This document shows, piece after piece, positions 18,150 to 28,501 of a stretch of 64,000 nt of DNA (the stretch's first letter is position 1; each line of letters opens with the position of its first letter). The translations under genes were made by a program, and so were the position numbers. Below the pieces are notes generated by a model. The model ran no database searches. It saw nothing but the letters and a program-made list of their open reading frames with translations, and was not told the origin of the DNA. Origin of the DNA: Thermoproteota archaeon (GTDB lineage Archaea; Korarchaeota; Korarchaeia; Korarchaeales; Korarchaeaceae). Where the stretch lies: assembly GCA_026986575.1 (NCBI GenBank), contig JALSOH010000004.1, positions 544,001-608,000 of the forward strand. Direction: 5' to 3'.

Positions 18150-20777
18150 TCAGCCGGTCTCGCTCCTTATGATCTTCTCTATCTCACTCTGGAACCTCCT
18201 CAAAGCTGCCATCTTATCCTCCATGAATATCAGGTCGCTCAGACCCTCCAGCACTATATTGTGGGCGAAGGGCGTGGGCACCTCCACCATCCCAATGTCG
18301 ACGACCCTTATCCTGCCGCTCTCTATACCCCTCACCACCTCCTCGGCCCTCTTCACATCCATGTAATCCTCTAAGATCTCCCTGTACGCCTCCTTAAGCA
18401 GGGGAAATCCATCAATCTTCTCAACTATTCTGAGGAGACTCTGAGCACTTATCTGCTGCTTGTTAACGCTGATCTCATACCCCTTGTAGTTCCTGAGGAT
18501 CATCAATCCCCTAGCAGCTACGTGCCTGAACCTCCTCCTGAGGAGCTCGGTCTTCGCTAAGGCTTTCTCCAATACTTCCCTGAGGTCCCATCCCACTAGG
18601 TCCTCTATCGTCGCCACCGGCTTAACTCCCCTAGGATATATTATCGCGAATCCGGTGTCCTTCACCGCTATTCCCAGATTCCTTCTCACCTTCCTGCCAG
18701 CTATATAGGCTAGGGCCCTCGAGAGAGCGTCATTGGTCCTCCTGCCGTAGAGGGAGTGGGTCACTTGATGTATTCTGCCCTCCTCATCCGCGTAGCTCTC
18801 AATCAGAATGACTTCGTGGGACGGCATACCCTTCAGGCTCACGCCGAGGGACTTCAAGTAGAGGTACTGCTGTCTCAGGTAGTTGTATATGGCCAGAGCA
18901 GCCATCCTGTTCGCGTTGCTCATCCTCATTATCATGCTAACGAGCTCCCTCTTAGTGGCGCCTTCCTCGAGCATCCTGAAGAACTCGCCCCTGAACCTTC
19001 CAATCTCCAGTGCCAACTCGTAGCTGAGGGGAAGCATCTCCGAGAACCATGCAGGTACCGTCGGCTTCTGATCAAAGGCAGGCTTGACCTTGACCCTCAG
19101 TCCTCTCGCCGACACGAACTCATAGACTTTTCCGCCCAGCACGAACCTGTCCCCAGGCATGAGCCTCTCTAGAAAGCCCTCCTCCAAGTTCCCCACGTAC
19201 CTGCCGTCCGTGGTGTACACTTTAGCGGCGACCTCGTCAGGTATGGTCCCTATATTGGTGGCGTAGATCACCCTAGCGTACTTCCCCCTCCTACCGAATA
19301 CCCCCTCCCCAGGGTCGTACCATATCTTCCCGTACACTTTCCTGCTCTCCAACTGGGTGTACTCCCCAGCTAGGTACCTGAGGACGGACTCGAAGTCCTC
19401 CCAGCTCAGGTCAACGTAGGGGTAGGCCGACCTCACGAGATTGTAGGCGTCCTCTACCCTCCACTTACTCTCGACGGCCATTCCCACTATGTGCTGCGCC
19501 AGCACGTCGAGGGGCCCCCTAGGAATGTGCACCATGTCCAGCCTGCCTGCCAGCGCCTCCCTCAGCATGACCGCAACCTCAACAGCATCGTCCCTGTCCA
19601 CGACAATGAACCTGCCCTTGGAGACCTCGTGGAGCCTGTGACCAGCCCTACCGATCCTCTGCAATGCCCTAGTCACTGATTTGGGACTGCCTATTTGCAC
19701 CACCAGATCTATGTAACCTATGTCGATGCCCAGCTCTAAGCTAGTGGAGCTTACTATCGCCTTGAGCTCCCCTCTCTTCAGTCTCTCCTCCACCTCGCCC
19801 CTCACGTCCCTAGAGAGGGAGCTGTGGTGAGCAGCTATCTTCTCGTCTACGTCCTCCACACTATTCTTCAGGACCTTCTTCAAGTGGAAGACGACCCTCT
19901 CGGTTCCGCTCCTCGTGTTAGTGAATATGAGTGTGGTGGTATGCTTTTTTATGAGCTTGGAAATGAGCTTGTACATCTTGGCCGAGACTACTTCCGTGGG
20001 CGTGTTCACCAGATCGCTCACCGGCGATAGCAGAGCGAGATCTAGGGCCTTGGCCCAGTTGGTCTCGACTATCAGGCAGTCTCTAGGCCTGCCATTCTCG
20101 TAGCCCACCAAGAACTTGGCAACCTCGTCGAGGGGATTTATCGTGGCCGACAGACCTATCCTGATGAAATCCCTGCCAACTAGCCATCTCAACCTCTCAA
20201 GGGAGAGGGAGAGGTGAGTGCCCCTCTTGTTCTCCACCAAGCTGTGGATCTCATCCACTATGACCCACTTAACGGTCCTCAGCTTCTCCCTGAACTTGGG
20301 AGCCGTGAGGATGATGCCAAGTGTCTCAGGAGTCGTTATGAGTATGTGAGGCGGTTTTCTCAACTGCTTAGCCTTCTCATTAGATGGGGTATCACCGGTT
20401 CTCACCGCATGCCTTATCTCCGGTAGATTATGGGAGAGTTCCCTTATCTCTCTGAGAGGGACTTCCAAGTTCCTGTATATGTCGTTGTTCAGTGCCCTGA
20501 GTGGGGAGACGTATATGGCGTAGACCGAATCTTGGAGCTCCCCCCTCTCACCCATCTCCAAGAGCTCACTTATTATGGATAGGAAGGCCGTCAGGGTCTT
20601 TCCCGTGCCCGTGGGGCTGGTGACTAAGACGTTCCTGCCCTCGTGGATCGGAACCACAGCGTATCTCTGCGGAGGACTTAGATCGACGAACTTAGAGTCG
20701 AACCAGAGGGCTACGGCTGGATGGAGCACCTCAAGCACTTCTGCCTTGCTGTACTCCCTGAGGGCCTTAGCTATCAT
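18150..20777 (-). CDS. lhr: Lhr-family SF2 helicase
   Basis: SPTGTGKT, SPLRALNND, DEIH, SLELGIDIG, QRIGRAGH, DVLAQH. Confidence 0.95.
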   Translation of the reverse strand: MIAKALREYSKAEVLEVLHPAVALWFDSKFVDLSPPQRYAVVPIHEGRNVLVTSPTGTGKTLTAFLSIISELLEMGERGELQDSVYAIYVSPLRALNNDIYRNLEVPLREIRELSHNLPEIRHAVRTGDTPSNEKAKQLRKPPHILITTPETLGIILTAPKFREKLRTVKWVIVDEIHSLVENKRGTHLSLSLERLRWLVGRDFIRIGLSATINPLDEVAKFLVGYENGRPRDCLIVETNWAKALDLALLSPVSDLVNTPTEVVSAKMYKLISKLIKKHTTTLIFTNTRSGTERVVFHLKKVLKNSVEDVDEKIAAHHSSLSRDVRGEVEERLKRGELKAIVSSTSLELGIDIGYIDLVVQIGSPKSVTRALQRIGRAGHRLHEVSKGRFIVVDRDDAVEVAVMLREALAGRLDMVHIPRGPLDVLAQHIVGMAVESKWRVEDAYNLVRSAYPYVDLSWEDFESVLRYLAGEYTQLESRKVYGKIWYDPGEGVFGRRGKYARVIYATNIGTIPDEVAAKVYTTDGRYVGNLEEGFLERLMPGDRFVLGGKVYEFVSARGLRVKVKPAFDQKPTVPAWFSEMLPLSYELALEIGRFRGEFFRMLEEGATKRELVSMIMRMSNANRMAALAIYNYLRQQYLYLKSLGVSLKGMPSHEVILIESYADEEGRIHQVTHSLYGRRTNDALSRALAYIAGRKVRRNLGIAVKDTGFAIIYPRGVKPVATIEDLVGWDLREVLEKALAKTELLRRRFRHVAARGLMILRNYKGYEISVNKQQISAQSLLRIVEKIDGFPLLKEAYREILEDYMDVKRAEEVVRGIESGRIRVVDIGMVEVPTPFAHNIVLEGLSDLIFMEDKMAALRRFQSEIEKIIRSETG

Positions 20778-21014
20778 GGATACCGCGCTTCATACAGGGA
20801 GGGTTTGATAACCTTGGTGGGCATCGCTTCCGATCTTAAGCGGAATTACTAAACTTGTATGGATAAATACGTTGAATATAATTGCTACATCGCCCTTCGT
20901 AATACAATATAATATTAACTACTTATATCGACAACGTTGTTCCAAAAGACAGGCCTTCTTATGGGATCAAGGAGGTGAGGAAGCCCTCGACCTTAGGAGT
21001 GAGAGCCCAACGAT

Positions 21015-21524
21015 CTACTTCTCATCCTCCAATATTATCTCGAAAGTTCCATCCGGTCTGTGCAGGAAGAGGATGGATTTGGGAAAGATCTTTCTAACCT
21101 CCAATAGCGTCTCCAGATCGTCATCGTGGTACTCGACCACTTCACAGCCCAGCTTCCTGACTAAGGAGGGTTTCAGTTCCCTATCCACCTGGTAGTTGTC
21201 GTTGGGCCTCATGACCAGCTCATCGAATGGAATACCAGCTGCCATGAGCTGGAGGACGGTATCCCTCCTGAGCCACTCGTACCTTCCCGTAATCAAAACA
21301 ACTCTCAACCCCCTCCTCTTTGCATCATGAACCATTTCTATGGACCTGTATAATGGTCTATCCAGTTTCAGGAGGTTAGGATCCATGAAATCTCTCCAAA
21401 ACTCCTTCTGAAGTTCGAACGGCAGCTCTCTCGGGGATCTCACTCCGAACCGGCTTATAGCTACCTCAAACCTAGTTCTAGCATCGAATAGCGTATTATC
21501 TATATCGAACACAGCGCACCTCAT
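21015..21524 (-). CDS. HAD-superfamily phosphatase (PNKP 3'-phosphatase-like)
   Basis: FDIDNTL, ITGR, L.MRP..N, K, DDD. Confidence 0.8.
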   Translation of the reverse strand: MRCAVFDIDNTLFDARTRFEVAISRFGVRSPRELPFELQKEFWRDFMDPNLLKLDRPLYRSIEMVHDAKRRGLRVVLITGRYEWLRRDTVLQLMAAGIPFDELVMRPNDNYQVDRELKPSLVRKLGCEVVEYHDDDLETLLEVRKIFPKSILFLHRPDGTFEIILEDEK

Positions 21525-22279
21525 TAGAGCACCCTAGCAGCCCTCTTCACCACACCGAGGGGACCCAGCTCCTCAACTCCCACCTCCTCGTCAACAATAT
21601 AAACGATGAAATCATCCAAATTCACTCGCCTCAACAGAGGTGAGAGCAAACCGCTACTTCCTACCTTCAGTATGTCCGTTCCCGGGGCTAGGGGTGAGAG
21701 GGCAGGTAGAACCAATACCTCGATCCCCATGTAGATCCCCTTGAGGAACACCTTGAACTTGTGTCCCCCTCCCAGATCATCCCTAAGCGATATAGCTGGA
21801 TGCTCATGTCCCATCACTATGAGATCCACCCCTTCTGGTATCGCCAGCAACTCCTTATGTCCGTGAAAATACATCACGTTGCCTAGAAGGAGGTAAGGAT
21901 CCCTTATCTCAATGCCCTCTCTGAGGAGGATGGGGATCAGGTAGTTATCGTGGTTCCCCCTGACCGCCTCGATCCTCACACCCTCCTCCCTCAGGGACCT
22001 TATCAGATCTAGGACCTCCCTCCACTCTTGACTGAGGGCCCCTCCGAACTCGTGCTTTATGTCACCGTTGAGGATCACTGTTTCCGGATCTCTCTCCCTA
22101 ATGTACCTCAGAATTTCCCCTTTTATCCACGGGTACTGCTCGTAAGGGAGTTCCACTCCTCTCTCCCTCAAAGCATCCTCGTAGCCCAAGTGAAGGTCCG
22201 CCACTACCAGCGTGCTGTTCACCATGGCTCCGTAGGGGAACACTTCGATACTGTTCGTGAGTAGGTATTTCCTCATCAA
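21524..22279 (-). CDS. calcineurin-like metallophosphoesterase (Lhr-associated type)
   Basis: ADLHLG, NGDIKH, RGNHD, HGH, GHEHP. Confidence 0.9.
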   Translation of the reverse strand: MMRKYLLTNSIEVFPYGAMVNSTLVVADLHLGYEDALRERGVELPYEQYPWIKGEILRYIRERDPETVILNGDIKHEFGGALSQEWREVLDLIRSLREEGVRIEAVRGNHDNYLIPILLREGIEIRDPYLLLGNVMYFHGHKELLAIPEGVDLIVMGHEHPAISLRDDLGGGHKFKVFLKGIYMGIEVLVLPALSPLAPGTDILKVGSSGLLSPLLRRVNLDDFIVYIVDEEVGVEELGPLGVVKRAARVL

Positions 22280-22621
22280 GGGAATAATCTAGGAGACTGG
22301 TTAATAAGCTCTAACCGAAAATGGACTGAGACCGAACTTTCCTTCTTGTCTTGTTGGCAAAGGGAAGGCGAAACACTTTCTTGAAGGCGTAGATGTAGGG
22401 CGCCACACTAGTAAGTGCTGTGGAATGAAGGTAGAGCGAAAACGGAATTAGTAATAATATCTTAACATAGCGGAGCACGGCAAATTATGTGGAAATGTCC
22501 CCTGTTCCCGATCTAACGATGTCCAATAATATGATGCTCCAAAGTATATCGATTCCATCTTTCGTCAAAAATTGAAGGATATTTAAATATATAGCAATCC
22601 AAATATTTTTGGTAGACATCA

Positions 22622-23434
22622 ATGATCTCGAAAAGTAGAATAACTGTCTTGGTAATATCCGCCTCTCTGTTAATTCTTTTGTTAGTTATTCTATCGTCCG
22701 CGCTTAACCCCCCGGAATCTATGAGCCTTCCGATGGGATCCGTCTACTCCCCTCCCATCTCAAAGGTCAAGAAGGATCTATTGGACAGCTTCATGAATAT
22801 CACTTTAGAGAAATTAAAGGAAGACAGGGAATATAGTTTAAAGTATCTGAATTTCACGCGATGGTTAGGCGAAACATACGGCCTCGCTTACGACGAACTT
22901 TTCTGGACCAAAGAGGAGCTTGTCAAGATAATGGAGAAGGCCAAGCAATTAGACGAGGAGGCCGCCGACTGGCTCAAACAGGTGAACGCAACCTTCATCG
23001 TGGCCTTTAACCTGCCGCCAGATACTAACCTGTCATACGCTAATATGATGGCAGATCTCATCTCCAAATATGCCCCGAACTTCAAGGCGGTCAAGGTGCA
23101 GATCCTCTATATCATAGACAGATACAAGGTGAAGTACAAGGAAGGGTCCATGGATCTGTACCTGAGCATCATCAGGGCCTTCCTCCAGAGGAACCTCAGT
23201 ATTAGAGTGAAGACCATTGAGCCATACGGAATAGGAAGCGTGGAAATCACGCCAGCAGATCTGGACAAGCTCACACCACAATATCTGGAAAAGGCATTGG
23301 ATGCGACCGAGGAAGCGGCAAAGGGCGAGAAACCTAAGCTTCCCAACTATAAGTCAGCTTGGGAATGTGAGCAATGGTATCAGGGTCCTGTAACGGTCTA
23401 TAACACGAATTTTCACTGGAAGTGGTGGTTCTAG
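22622..23434 (+). CDS. secreted/membrane-anchored hypothetical protein (possibly the 5' part of a split gene)
   Basis: N-terminal basic + hydrophobic signal, NxT/S sequons, upstream TATA tttaaatata. Confidence 0.6.
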   Translation: MISKSRITVLVISASLLILLLVILSSALNPPESMSLPMGSVYSPPISKVKKDLLDSFMNITLEKLKEDREYSLKYLNFTRWLGETYGLAYDELFWTKEELVKIMEKAKQLDEEAADWLKQVNATFIVAFNLPPDTNLSYANMMADLISKYAPNFKAVKVQILYIIDRYKVKYKEGSMDLYLSIIRAFLQRNLSIRVKTIEPYGIGSVEITPADLDKLTPQYLEKALDATEEAAKGEKPKLPNYKSAWECEQWYQGPVTVYNTNFHWKWWF

Positions 23435-23469
23435 CATTTCTGCGGAGGTTGGGGTGAATTAAGTGTAAG

Positions 23470-23787
23470 ATGTACGCACCTGAGGAGAGCGAGGGGTGTG
23501 ACATTCATTACATTCGCTGGATGCGTTTTCATATGGAAGAAGATTATACCTTCGGCCTTATAGACTTTCCGGGGTGCGAATACGCAAGTAACTGTGGAGG
23601 AACCTGCGGGTCAGCTAATACTAAATTTCATGGTTTTTGCGCCGTTACATACGCGAAAATGAGCCCCTACATAAGGTTTTACTCTTATTATATGATAATA
23701 GCTGATTACACACTGACCTATCACAGCACATATGGATGCCCATATTATTTATATTGCGGCTGCATGGGTTCGTGTAATTACCCTTAG
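23470..23787 (+). CDS. Cys/Tyr-rich small protein (possibly the 3' part of the split gene)
   Basis: 9 Cys in 105 aa, AT-rich context. Confidence 0.5.
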   Translation: MYAPEESEGCDIHYIRWMRFHMEEDYTFGLIDFPGCEYASNCGGTCGSANTKFHGFCAVTYAKMSPYIRFYSYYMIIADYTLTYHSTYGCPYYLYCGCMGSCNYP

Positions 23788-24150
23788 ATGTTTATCATAA
23801 ACGTGATAAGAATACCATGATCTATAGATCTTCATAGATCTTCAGAATTTGTGGAAGTATCTATATGTTTTTTACCAACTTTAATGTAACATATGCTATT
23901 TTTATTGAGTGATGAGTGGTTACCTCCACTTAAGAGGTTCATCACCCAGGCTTGCCAAGTAAATTTGATAATACACTCCCTATTTCTCCCGATTAATTCT
24001 TCCCTTATTTCAAAAATAAATAATTCTTCTTTCTTTTTAGTACGGGCAACGAACTCTAAATCAAACAACAAGGACAGCTGGGCGCAAAAGAAAGAGTCCA
24101 TACAATAAAGAGAATTTGTATATTTGATGCCAGTGTAGATACTGGGAAAA

Positions 24151-24573
24151 ATGGAAAGGGGAAGAGAGCATATATCCGCCCTCAGAAATAGACTTAAGTT
24201 AACAGAGCGAGAATTGAAGAGGAGAGGTATAGTAGCGATTATACTCTTCGGTTCCTCGCTAAAAGGAAGAATCCATCCACTTAGCGATGTGGACATTGCC
24301 GTTCTCTTCAAAGATGAACCGCCAGAGCGTGATATCGAATGGCTATATCTGGAGCTTCAGAGAGATCTCAGGAGGGAAGTAGATCTCATCATCCTCAATA
24401 AGGCACCTCCCAGAATAAGATTTTCTGCCTTGAAAGGTGAACTGCTTTACGTTGGAGACGAGAGAGAACTAATCCACTTCATGACTAAGGTTTACGACGA
24501 GTGGGCTGATTTGGAGTACCTCAGGAGAGTGATCTGGAATTACACGGAGAGGTGGCTGACCGTTGGAGGTTGA
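24151..24573 (+). CDS. minimal nucleotidyltransferase antitoxin (MntA type)
   Basis: LFGS..KG....SDVDIAV, VDLIILN.APP. Confidence 0.9.
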   Translation: MERGREHISALRNRLKLTERELKRRGIVAIILFGSSLKGRIHPLSDVDIAVLFKDEPPERDIEWLYLELQRDLRREVDLIILNKAPPRIRFSALKGELLYVGDERELIHFMTKVYDEWADLEYLRRVIWNYTERWLTVGG

Positions 24574-24574
24574 C

Positions 24575-24985
24575 ATGGAAGCGGTCAAGTCCAGAATAGA
24601 GCTACTGAGGGGATATTTATCCTCCCTAGAGGAACTGAAATCGAACGAGGAAGAATTTTACAGATCCCTGGTCTACCGAATGGCGGTGGAAAGGCTCTTG
24701 CATCTGTCTATTGAATGTCTTTTAGACATAGCACAGCACATAGCTGCGGCTAAGGGGCATAGGCCCCCTGAGAGTTATGCTGATACTATCACAGTGCTCG
24801 AGGAAGCCGGACTTGTACCTCCTGAGAGAGCAGACACTTATAGGAGGATTGCTAGGTTCCGAAATGTCCTAGTTCACGCGTACGTATCAATAGACCCAGA
24901 TAGAGTTTTCGAGGTCTGGATGAAGGAGTTGGAGAATCTCAGGGAAATGGCGAGGGACCTCATGAACGCCGCTACTGACCCCTAG
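24575..24985 (+). CDS. HEPN RNase toxin (DUF86/HepT type)
   Basis: ER.L...IE..LDI, FRNVLVHAY (Rx4H), adjacent to MNT. Confidence 0.9.
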   Translation: MEAVKSRIELLRGYLSSLEELKSNEEEFYRSLVYRMAVERLLHLSIECLLDIAQHIAAAKGHRPPESYADTITVLEEAGLVPPERADTYRRIARFRNVLVHAYVSIDPDRVFEVWMKELENLREMARDLMNAATDP

Positions 24986-25038
24986 TGCGTCGCGTTCCTC
25001 ATTGAGGAACCACTTTACTGAGAGTAGAGGTATGGTCT

Positions 25039-26880
25039 ATGTCTTGGGAAGATGCTGTGGAGTACTTCCCCTACAAGCCGCGTAGATTTCAGAGAGAAAC
25101 CATAGCCTCCATAAGGTCGGCCGTGGAGGAAGGCAGGAGGTTCTGTCTCCACGCCCCAACCGGATTCGGGAAGACGCCAGTGGTCCTCGCGGCCCTGCTT
25201 CCGATAATAGAGGAGCTGGATGGAGCCATTATATGGGCCGTCAGGACTGGGAACGAGACAGACAGACCTATAGAGGAGTTGAAACTAATTAGCAGGAGGA
25301 AACCAGTTTTCGGCCTCTCCTTAAGGGGTAAGAGGGACATGTGCCCACTAGCTAGGGACTTAGGAGTCACCAGCTACGAGGGAGTAGGGACCCTCTGCAG
25401 GATGAGGAGGGACAAGTGCCCCTACCACAGGAACCTGAAGAGGTTGAAGGGTGAGGAAATAGTTCCCCCTCCTAGGCCCCTCACGTTCTCTGAGACCTTC
25501 GAGCTCGCGAGTGAGATGAAGGTGTGCCCTTACTTCCTCCAGATTGCCTTCTTGGAGTACTCCCACGTGATCTCACTCAGCTACAACTACATCCTCTCTC
25601 CCTTGGGGTGGGTCATCAGGCATAAGGTCCCGTTCAGGGAATCCATACTCGTTGTAGATGAGGCCCATAACATAGAGAGGGCTGCGATGGAGTTGAATAG
25701 CAAGAGCGTGACCTCGACAACGGTGGAGAGGGCCCTGAAGGAGGTCGAGAGGTATGATCCGGAGGACGAGACCGGATTGAGGGAGAAGCTCTCCTTAACC
25801 CTCACCTTCATGTCCCAGATTGCGGTCTCGGAGGACGGAGTGTTCGACCTAGACTCCTTCCTAGGGGAGACGGGCTTGGGTCCGAACGACATAAAGGCCA
25901 TGTACGCGATAGCGGAGGAGGTGTACCGGGATCAGATGAGGAGGGGTAAGGAGCCACGCTCCTACCTCAACTCCCTAGCGGAGTTCCTCATCGTGGCCTT
26001 AGAGAAGAGCGGGCAGGAGGGAGTGGCCTACCTCTACTCTAAGGAGAGGTCGAGCATCAAGTTGGAGGTGTGGGACATGAGGACAAAGGAGTCCTTGGCC
26101 CCGGTGTGGGATGACTTCTACAGTATCGTCTTCATGTCGGGTACGCTTGAGCCCATAGACGCGTTCGCCGAAACTGCGGGCGTCGAGAATTGCGCCAGGA
26201 TGAGCATACCCTCGATGGCCGATCCTGAAAAAGTGAGGAGCCTTATAGTGAGCGGAGTGAGCACCAAGGGAGAGGAGCTCTCGGCTGAGATGGTCAGGAG
26301 GTACCTGAGAGTTGTGGACGCGTTTTTATCACTCCCAGGAAACTTAGCTATATTCACGGCCAGCTACAGGATTCAAGAGGAGGTACTCCCCGGAATAAAG
26401 GAGCTCGCAGAGGACCACGGGAGGCACTTATTCGTTGAGAGGAGGGACATGCCCGGTGATGAGGCGAGTTGGATACTCAAGGAGTTCAAGTCCCTGCCTA
26501 AACGAGGAAAAGAGGGCCTGCTGGTGGCGCCTGCTGGGGGTAGATTCGCGGAGGGAGCTGATTTCCCTGGAGAGGAGCTGGAGGGGGTGATGCTCTTAGG
26601 AATACCATTCGATCGCCTCACCACCAAGACTAGACTCTTCATCGAGTACAATCAGAGGATCTATGGGAAGAAGAGGGGGAGATACCTGTCATACGTGGTT
26701 CCGGCCCTCAGAAGGGCCTCTCAGGCGTTGGGAAGGGTCATCAGATCGGAAGAGGACGAGGGAATCTTCGTTCTAGCGGATGAAAGATATATGAGACGCA
26801 CTTACTTCAAACTACTCCCGGACTTCGTCAAACAAAATGTGAACTTGGCTAGGTGGGATGAGATAAAACCCCCATACTGA
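25039..26880 (+). CDS. xpd: XPD/Rad3 Fe-S DNA helicase
   Basis: APTGFGKT, Fe-S Cys (CP..C..CP..CPY), DEAHN, SGTL, EG.DF, Q..GR.IR. Confidence 0.92.
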   Translation: MSWEDAVEYFPYKPRRFQRETIASIRSAVEEGRRFCLHAPTGFGKTPVVLAALLPIIEELDGAIIWAVRTGNETDRPIEELKLISRRKPVFGLSLRGKRDMCPLARDLGVTSYEGVGTLCRMRRDKCPYHRNLKRLKGEEIVPPPRPLTFSETFELASEMKVCPYFLQIAFLEYSHVISLSYNYILSPLGWVIRHKVPFRESILVVDEAHNIERAAMELNSKSVTSTTVERALKEVERYDPEDETGLREKLSLTLTFMSQIAVSEDGVFDLDSFLGETGLGPNDIKAMYAIAEEVYRDQMRRGKEPRSYLNSLAEFLIVALEKSGQEGVAYLYSKERSSIKLEVWDMRTKESLAPVWDDFYSIVFMSGTLEPIDAFAETAGVENCARMSIPSMADPEKVRSLIVSGVSTKGEELSAEMVRRYLRVVDAFLSLPGNLAIFTASYRIQEEVLPGIKELAEDHGRHLFVERRDMPGDEASWILKEFKSLPKRGKEGLLVAPAGGRFAEGADFPGEELEGVMLLGIPFDRLTTKTRLFIEYNQRIYGKKRGRYLSYVVPALRRASQALGRVIRSEEDEGIFVLADERYMRRTYFKLLPDFVKQNVNLARWDEIKPPY

Positions 26881-26994
26881 GGTTGAACTTGGAAACTCTC
26901 AGTAGACAGGCAGTCGTGGTCCTCCCATCCTGGGACTGCCTGTATCATCTGGATCGAACTCAAAAGTTATTATTGCGGGCAGCCGTAACCTTGG

Positions 26995-27687
26995 ATGCTA
27001 GGAACCATCATTAACACGGTCACTGTGCTGGCTGGATCGTCTGCTGGCCTTCTCCTGGGCAAGAAGATAGGGGAGTCGGGGAAGGATACGGTATTTCAGG
27101 TCGTAGGCCTTTTCACGTTCTATCTAGGGATAAGCATGGCACTGGAGACGAGGAACCCCATCGGCCTAATCTTGGGACTGCTTACAGGGACTCTGCTTGG
27201 TGAGAGGCTCGGACTGGAGGAGACCTTGGAGGGTGCGGCGGAGCGCCTAAGACAGAGGATAGGAGGGGACTCAAACTTCGTGGAGGGACTCATGACAGCT
27301 TTCCTCACGTTTTGCGTCGGTCCTATGACCATTATCGGCTCCATCAGGGATGGAATGGGCGATCCATCCATAATAATGGCCAAATCCGTGATGGACGGCT
27401 TCGCCTCCATGGCCTACGCGGCAGCCCTCGGTCCTGGCGTCGTGTTCTCCTCCATCCCGCTCTTCCTGTTCCAAGGGTCGCTGTCTATCGTGGGCTCCCT
27501 AATCGGCGCTTCCCTCCCCGAAGCGGCCATAGGTGATCTCACCGGAGCTGGTGGGGTGATACTACTGGGATTGGCCCTCAACCTCCTCAAGGTCAGGAGG
27601 ATAAAGGTGGGGAACATGCTCCCCAGTCTTCTGATGGCTCCGCTGATCTCAGTCCTCTGGTCCGGCCTTCCCATCCCTACTCCATAA
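26995..27687 (+). CDS. DUF554 family membrane protein
   Basis: GTIIN, FCVGPMTIIGS..DG, KS.MDG. Confidence 0.88.
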   Translation: MLGTIINTVTVLAGSSAGLLLGKKIGESGKDTVFQVVGLFTFYLGISMALETRNPIGLILGLLTGTLLGERLGLEETLEGAAERLRQRIGGDSNFVEGLMTAFLTFCVGPMTIIGSIRDGMGDPSIIMAKSVMDGFASMAYAAALGPGVVFSSIPLFLFQGSLSIVGSLIGASLPEAAIGDLTGAGGVILLGLALNLLKVRRIKVGNMLPSLLMAPLISVLWSGLPIPTP

Positions 27688-28501
27688 TTCTCGCCCTCTT
27701 ATTCGTGATCCTCCTCTTAATGACCCTCCCCACAGTGGACCATGCCTTCTCTATCCCCTCACATCTCTCACATACGGCCGCCACGGCCGGACCTGTGCCG
27801 GACAGGCCGGCTCCCAATGCCCCGAGCCTCACCGCCTCCAGAGCTGGGGAAGGGTCGTAACCTAACAGTAGCGAGTAGAGGAGGCCGTTCAGCGTCATGG
27901 CATCCCATATCCTTCCCGGGAGAAGGGAGAATATGGAGTCAACAGTTCCAGCGTAGGACCTCAGGAGGTTAGCGTCGACCTCGATAGTGGACTTCGGAGC
28001 GTAACTCTCGGGCAGTAGCACTAGCACCTCCATCTCCCTCAGGGGAGCCCTCATGAGCAGCTCATCCCTCGAGTTATCGGTCATGACAAAGCCCCCAAGC
28101 ATGGAAGCAGCCGCGTCATCTAGAGCACCGGTGATGGTAACTCCTGCCGACCTAGCAGCTTTAACGGAGATCTTCAAGGCCTCAAAGAGGTCCTTCCTGC
28201 CGTGAAGGGCCATGACAGAAAGTGCAACAGCGTTGGCCACGGCGCTGCTGCTCTTCAAACCCCAACCCGCTGGGATCTCCGAATCCACCAGAACCCTGAC
28301 CCCCTCTCCACCCACCTCTTTCAGGGCTAGAAGTGCTGCTTCCCTGACGAGAGGGTCCTCTGGTTCCACCTCCAATTCGCTTGAAGGTTCGGCTTTAGCC
28401 CTCACCTCGAAATCTATCGAGATGGCAGCTCCCTTCCAGCTGGCTATCGCATTAACGACGGTGATAGCTCCGTTCACCCGGACCTCAACCATTTCCACCA
28501 C
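27677..28501 (-). CDS. aroK: archaeal (GHMP) shikimate kinase
   Basis: GAITVVNAI, GLKSSSA, TGALDDA, LSGTGP. Confidence 0.93.
   Translation of the reverse strand: MVEMVEVRVNGAITVVNAIASWKGAAISIDFEVRAKAEPSSELEVEPEDPLVREAALLALKEVGGEGVRVLVDSEIPAGWGLKSSSAVANAVALSVMALHGRKDLFEALKISVKAARSAGVTITGALDDAAASMLGGFVMTDNSRDELLMRAPLREMEVLVLLPESYAPKSTIEVDANLLRSYAGTVDSIFSLLPGRIWDAMTLNGLLYSLLLGYDPSPALEAVRLGALGAGLSGTGPAVAAVCERCEGIEKAWSTVGRVIKRRITNKRARIME

Noticed and set aside
20872-21195. 107-aa plus-strand ORF and weak C/D-like motifs in the lhr-HAD gap
   Set aside because: Atypical composition, overlaps the HAD gene antisense, and the boxes are too degenerate
23832-24311. ORFs in the AT-rich spacer before MNT
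   Set aside because: No recognisable motifs and overlap with MNT; at most a gene remnant
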